The notes beneath the pieces were generated by a model. That model saw only the letters and a program-made list of their open reading frames with translations, did no database searches and was not told the origin of the DNA. DNA of 64,000 nt, from NCBI GenBank assembly GCA_002269645.1, contig NIVC01003858.1, forward strand, positions 1-64,000, in the 5' to 3' direction. The position numbers and the translations under genes are program-made. Numbering within the stretch: position 1 is the stretch's first letter; each line of letters starts with the position of its first letter. The stretch comes from Macrostomum lignano. Its lineage: Eukaryota. Below, one piece after another: positions 62,538 through 64,000 of this stretch.

Positions 62538-64000
62538 TATATACCTATTGTTGTTGCTATCTAAACAAGATCAGCTCACAGTATTCAGCATAGCGTGTTC
62601 ACCTGAGCGCCAAAACTGCACGCACTCATACACACACTCACACAGGGTGTACAGCGGCCCTTTAGCATGTACACTCTGTAACGGGGTTGGGCCTCTTCAT
62701 GGCTTGTGAAATTTTGAGTACACAAGCCCCAAATTAGTGTGTTTACGCACAGAATCGAACCTGCTGGGGTCGTGACGAAAGAGTCAGAATGGTTTTGCCG
62801 CCGAACTGCGCTGCCATTATATATTAAAAAACCTCATCAGAGAGAGACCGAAGTTTAGTCGAAATCACACAGATAATTAGCTCGTAGTTACATCTCTCAA
62901 AGTCACGGTTAAGCAAAAAAAGACAATAGAAATGGAGAAAAAAACTATCAAAGCAGGAATTTAGCATACTTTCTAAGCAACTCACATGCAATCATTAGAA
63001 GTTCATCATCAACACTAGTACTGAAGCACTTGTGTCAAAACACTTCGGTATCATCAACCTAGATAGAAACAAAATTATTTTGAAATAAATCAAACAGAAA
63101 AAACAGATTCAAATTAAATTAAACAAAAAACACCAACAACGATGTTGTAAGAAAATTTTTCTATTTCGAATTTATTGGAAATTGAAAAATTACAATATCT
63201 CATATGCAGATACTACTCGTATCATAGTAGTAGTGCAAATTATTTCATTTGAAATAAAAAACTATAAAAATATTCTTTATTGTTTGCCAAAATATACAAA
63301 TGTGTGCGTATATAATACTATTAGTAATGATATATACTGAATTTTAAGTACAATGGAATACGAAACTTTAAACCAAAAGCCTGATTAAGAATGCATGCAT
63401 ACACGATAATTAATAATTAAAAATATTCTTCGGCACACTAATAATTGATTTATGTAAGTCACATTCCAGAAAGTAATGAGTACTACTAATAGTAATGCTG
63501 CAGATAATAAACACAATTTGAAATAATTACATATTCTGATTTTACTGAATATAACTGACCAGAATTTTTCTGAGAAAATGAGGAATCAGTAGTGCGGCTA
63601 TTTGAGCAAAATATGAATTTAAAACAAAACATGTTCACTCTAGAAAGGTTTCGAAATTGAGATCATTAACAAAATAAGTAGTATAAAAATTGTTTTATTT
63701 TATTAGGAAAGACACAATCAATTAACACATACAGAAGTGAATTTTTGTCTAATACAAATATACATCGAATACTATGTACTGATTACTAATAGTAAGATGT
63801 CAGGTAATTTCCGATATTATGGACTATTCCATAGCTTGTAAAGATTTCTACCACCCACTTTTTTACTTTTATACTACTAAGAAGGCAATTTATTTATTAT
63901 GGTTGTACATAATGAAGACCTAGTTAAGTTTCTTTCTATCGTCTAGTCTGTGACAGTGCAGCTTAGAGTGACGAGCTGTCTATTTGATTGACACTTTCTA

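Noticed and set aside
62750-64000. AT-rich terminal region
   Set aside because: No ORF, splice pattern or repeat structure I can support.

Overview
Eukaryotic, intron-containing animal genomic DNA, very rich in mini- and microsatellites. Gene style and repeat load suggest a free-living flatworm such as Macrostomum; this is inference, not shown by the sequence. No prokaryotic features, CRISPR arrays or rRNA were seen. Genes I could assemble by hand from splice signals and reading frame: the last exon of a Mn-CDF/MTP-type cation transporter (+); a 6-exon RanBP2/Nup358 (+, 2271 aa) carrying a near-identical duplicated RanBD-zinc-finger exon; an uncharacterised single-pass membrane protein (-, 5' end unresolved, one GC-AG intron); two tandem M-Ras genes (+), the second with a mutated last splice acceptor and a decayed Gypsy element in intron 2; ANKUB1 (+); and an Srsx-like 7TM GPCR (+) with a small hidden last exon. 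Mobile DNA: a head-to-tail Helitron dimer, an internally deleted Tc1, a Ginger/Gypsy-integrase remnant, a CORE-type SINE and MITE families. The most unusual item is a minimal type I hammerhead-ribozyme motif with a palindromic stem III (Penelope/retrozyme type). It sits in a 93-bp perfect inverted repeat whose right arm begins at the breakpoint of a 2481-bp tandem duplication. All alignments were made by eye.
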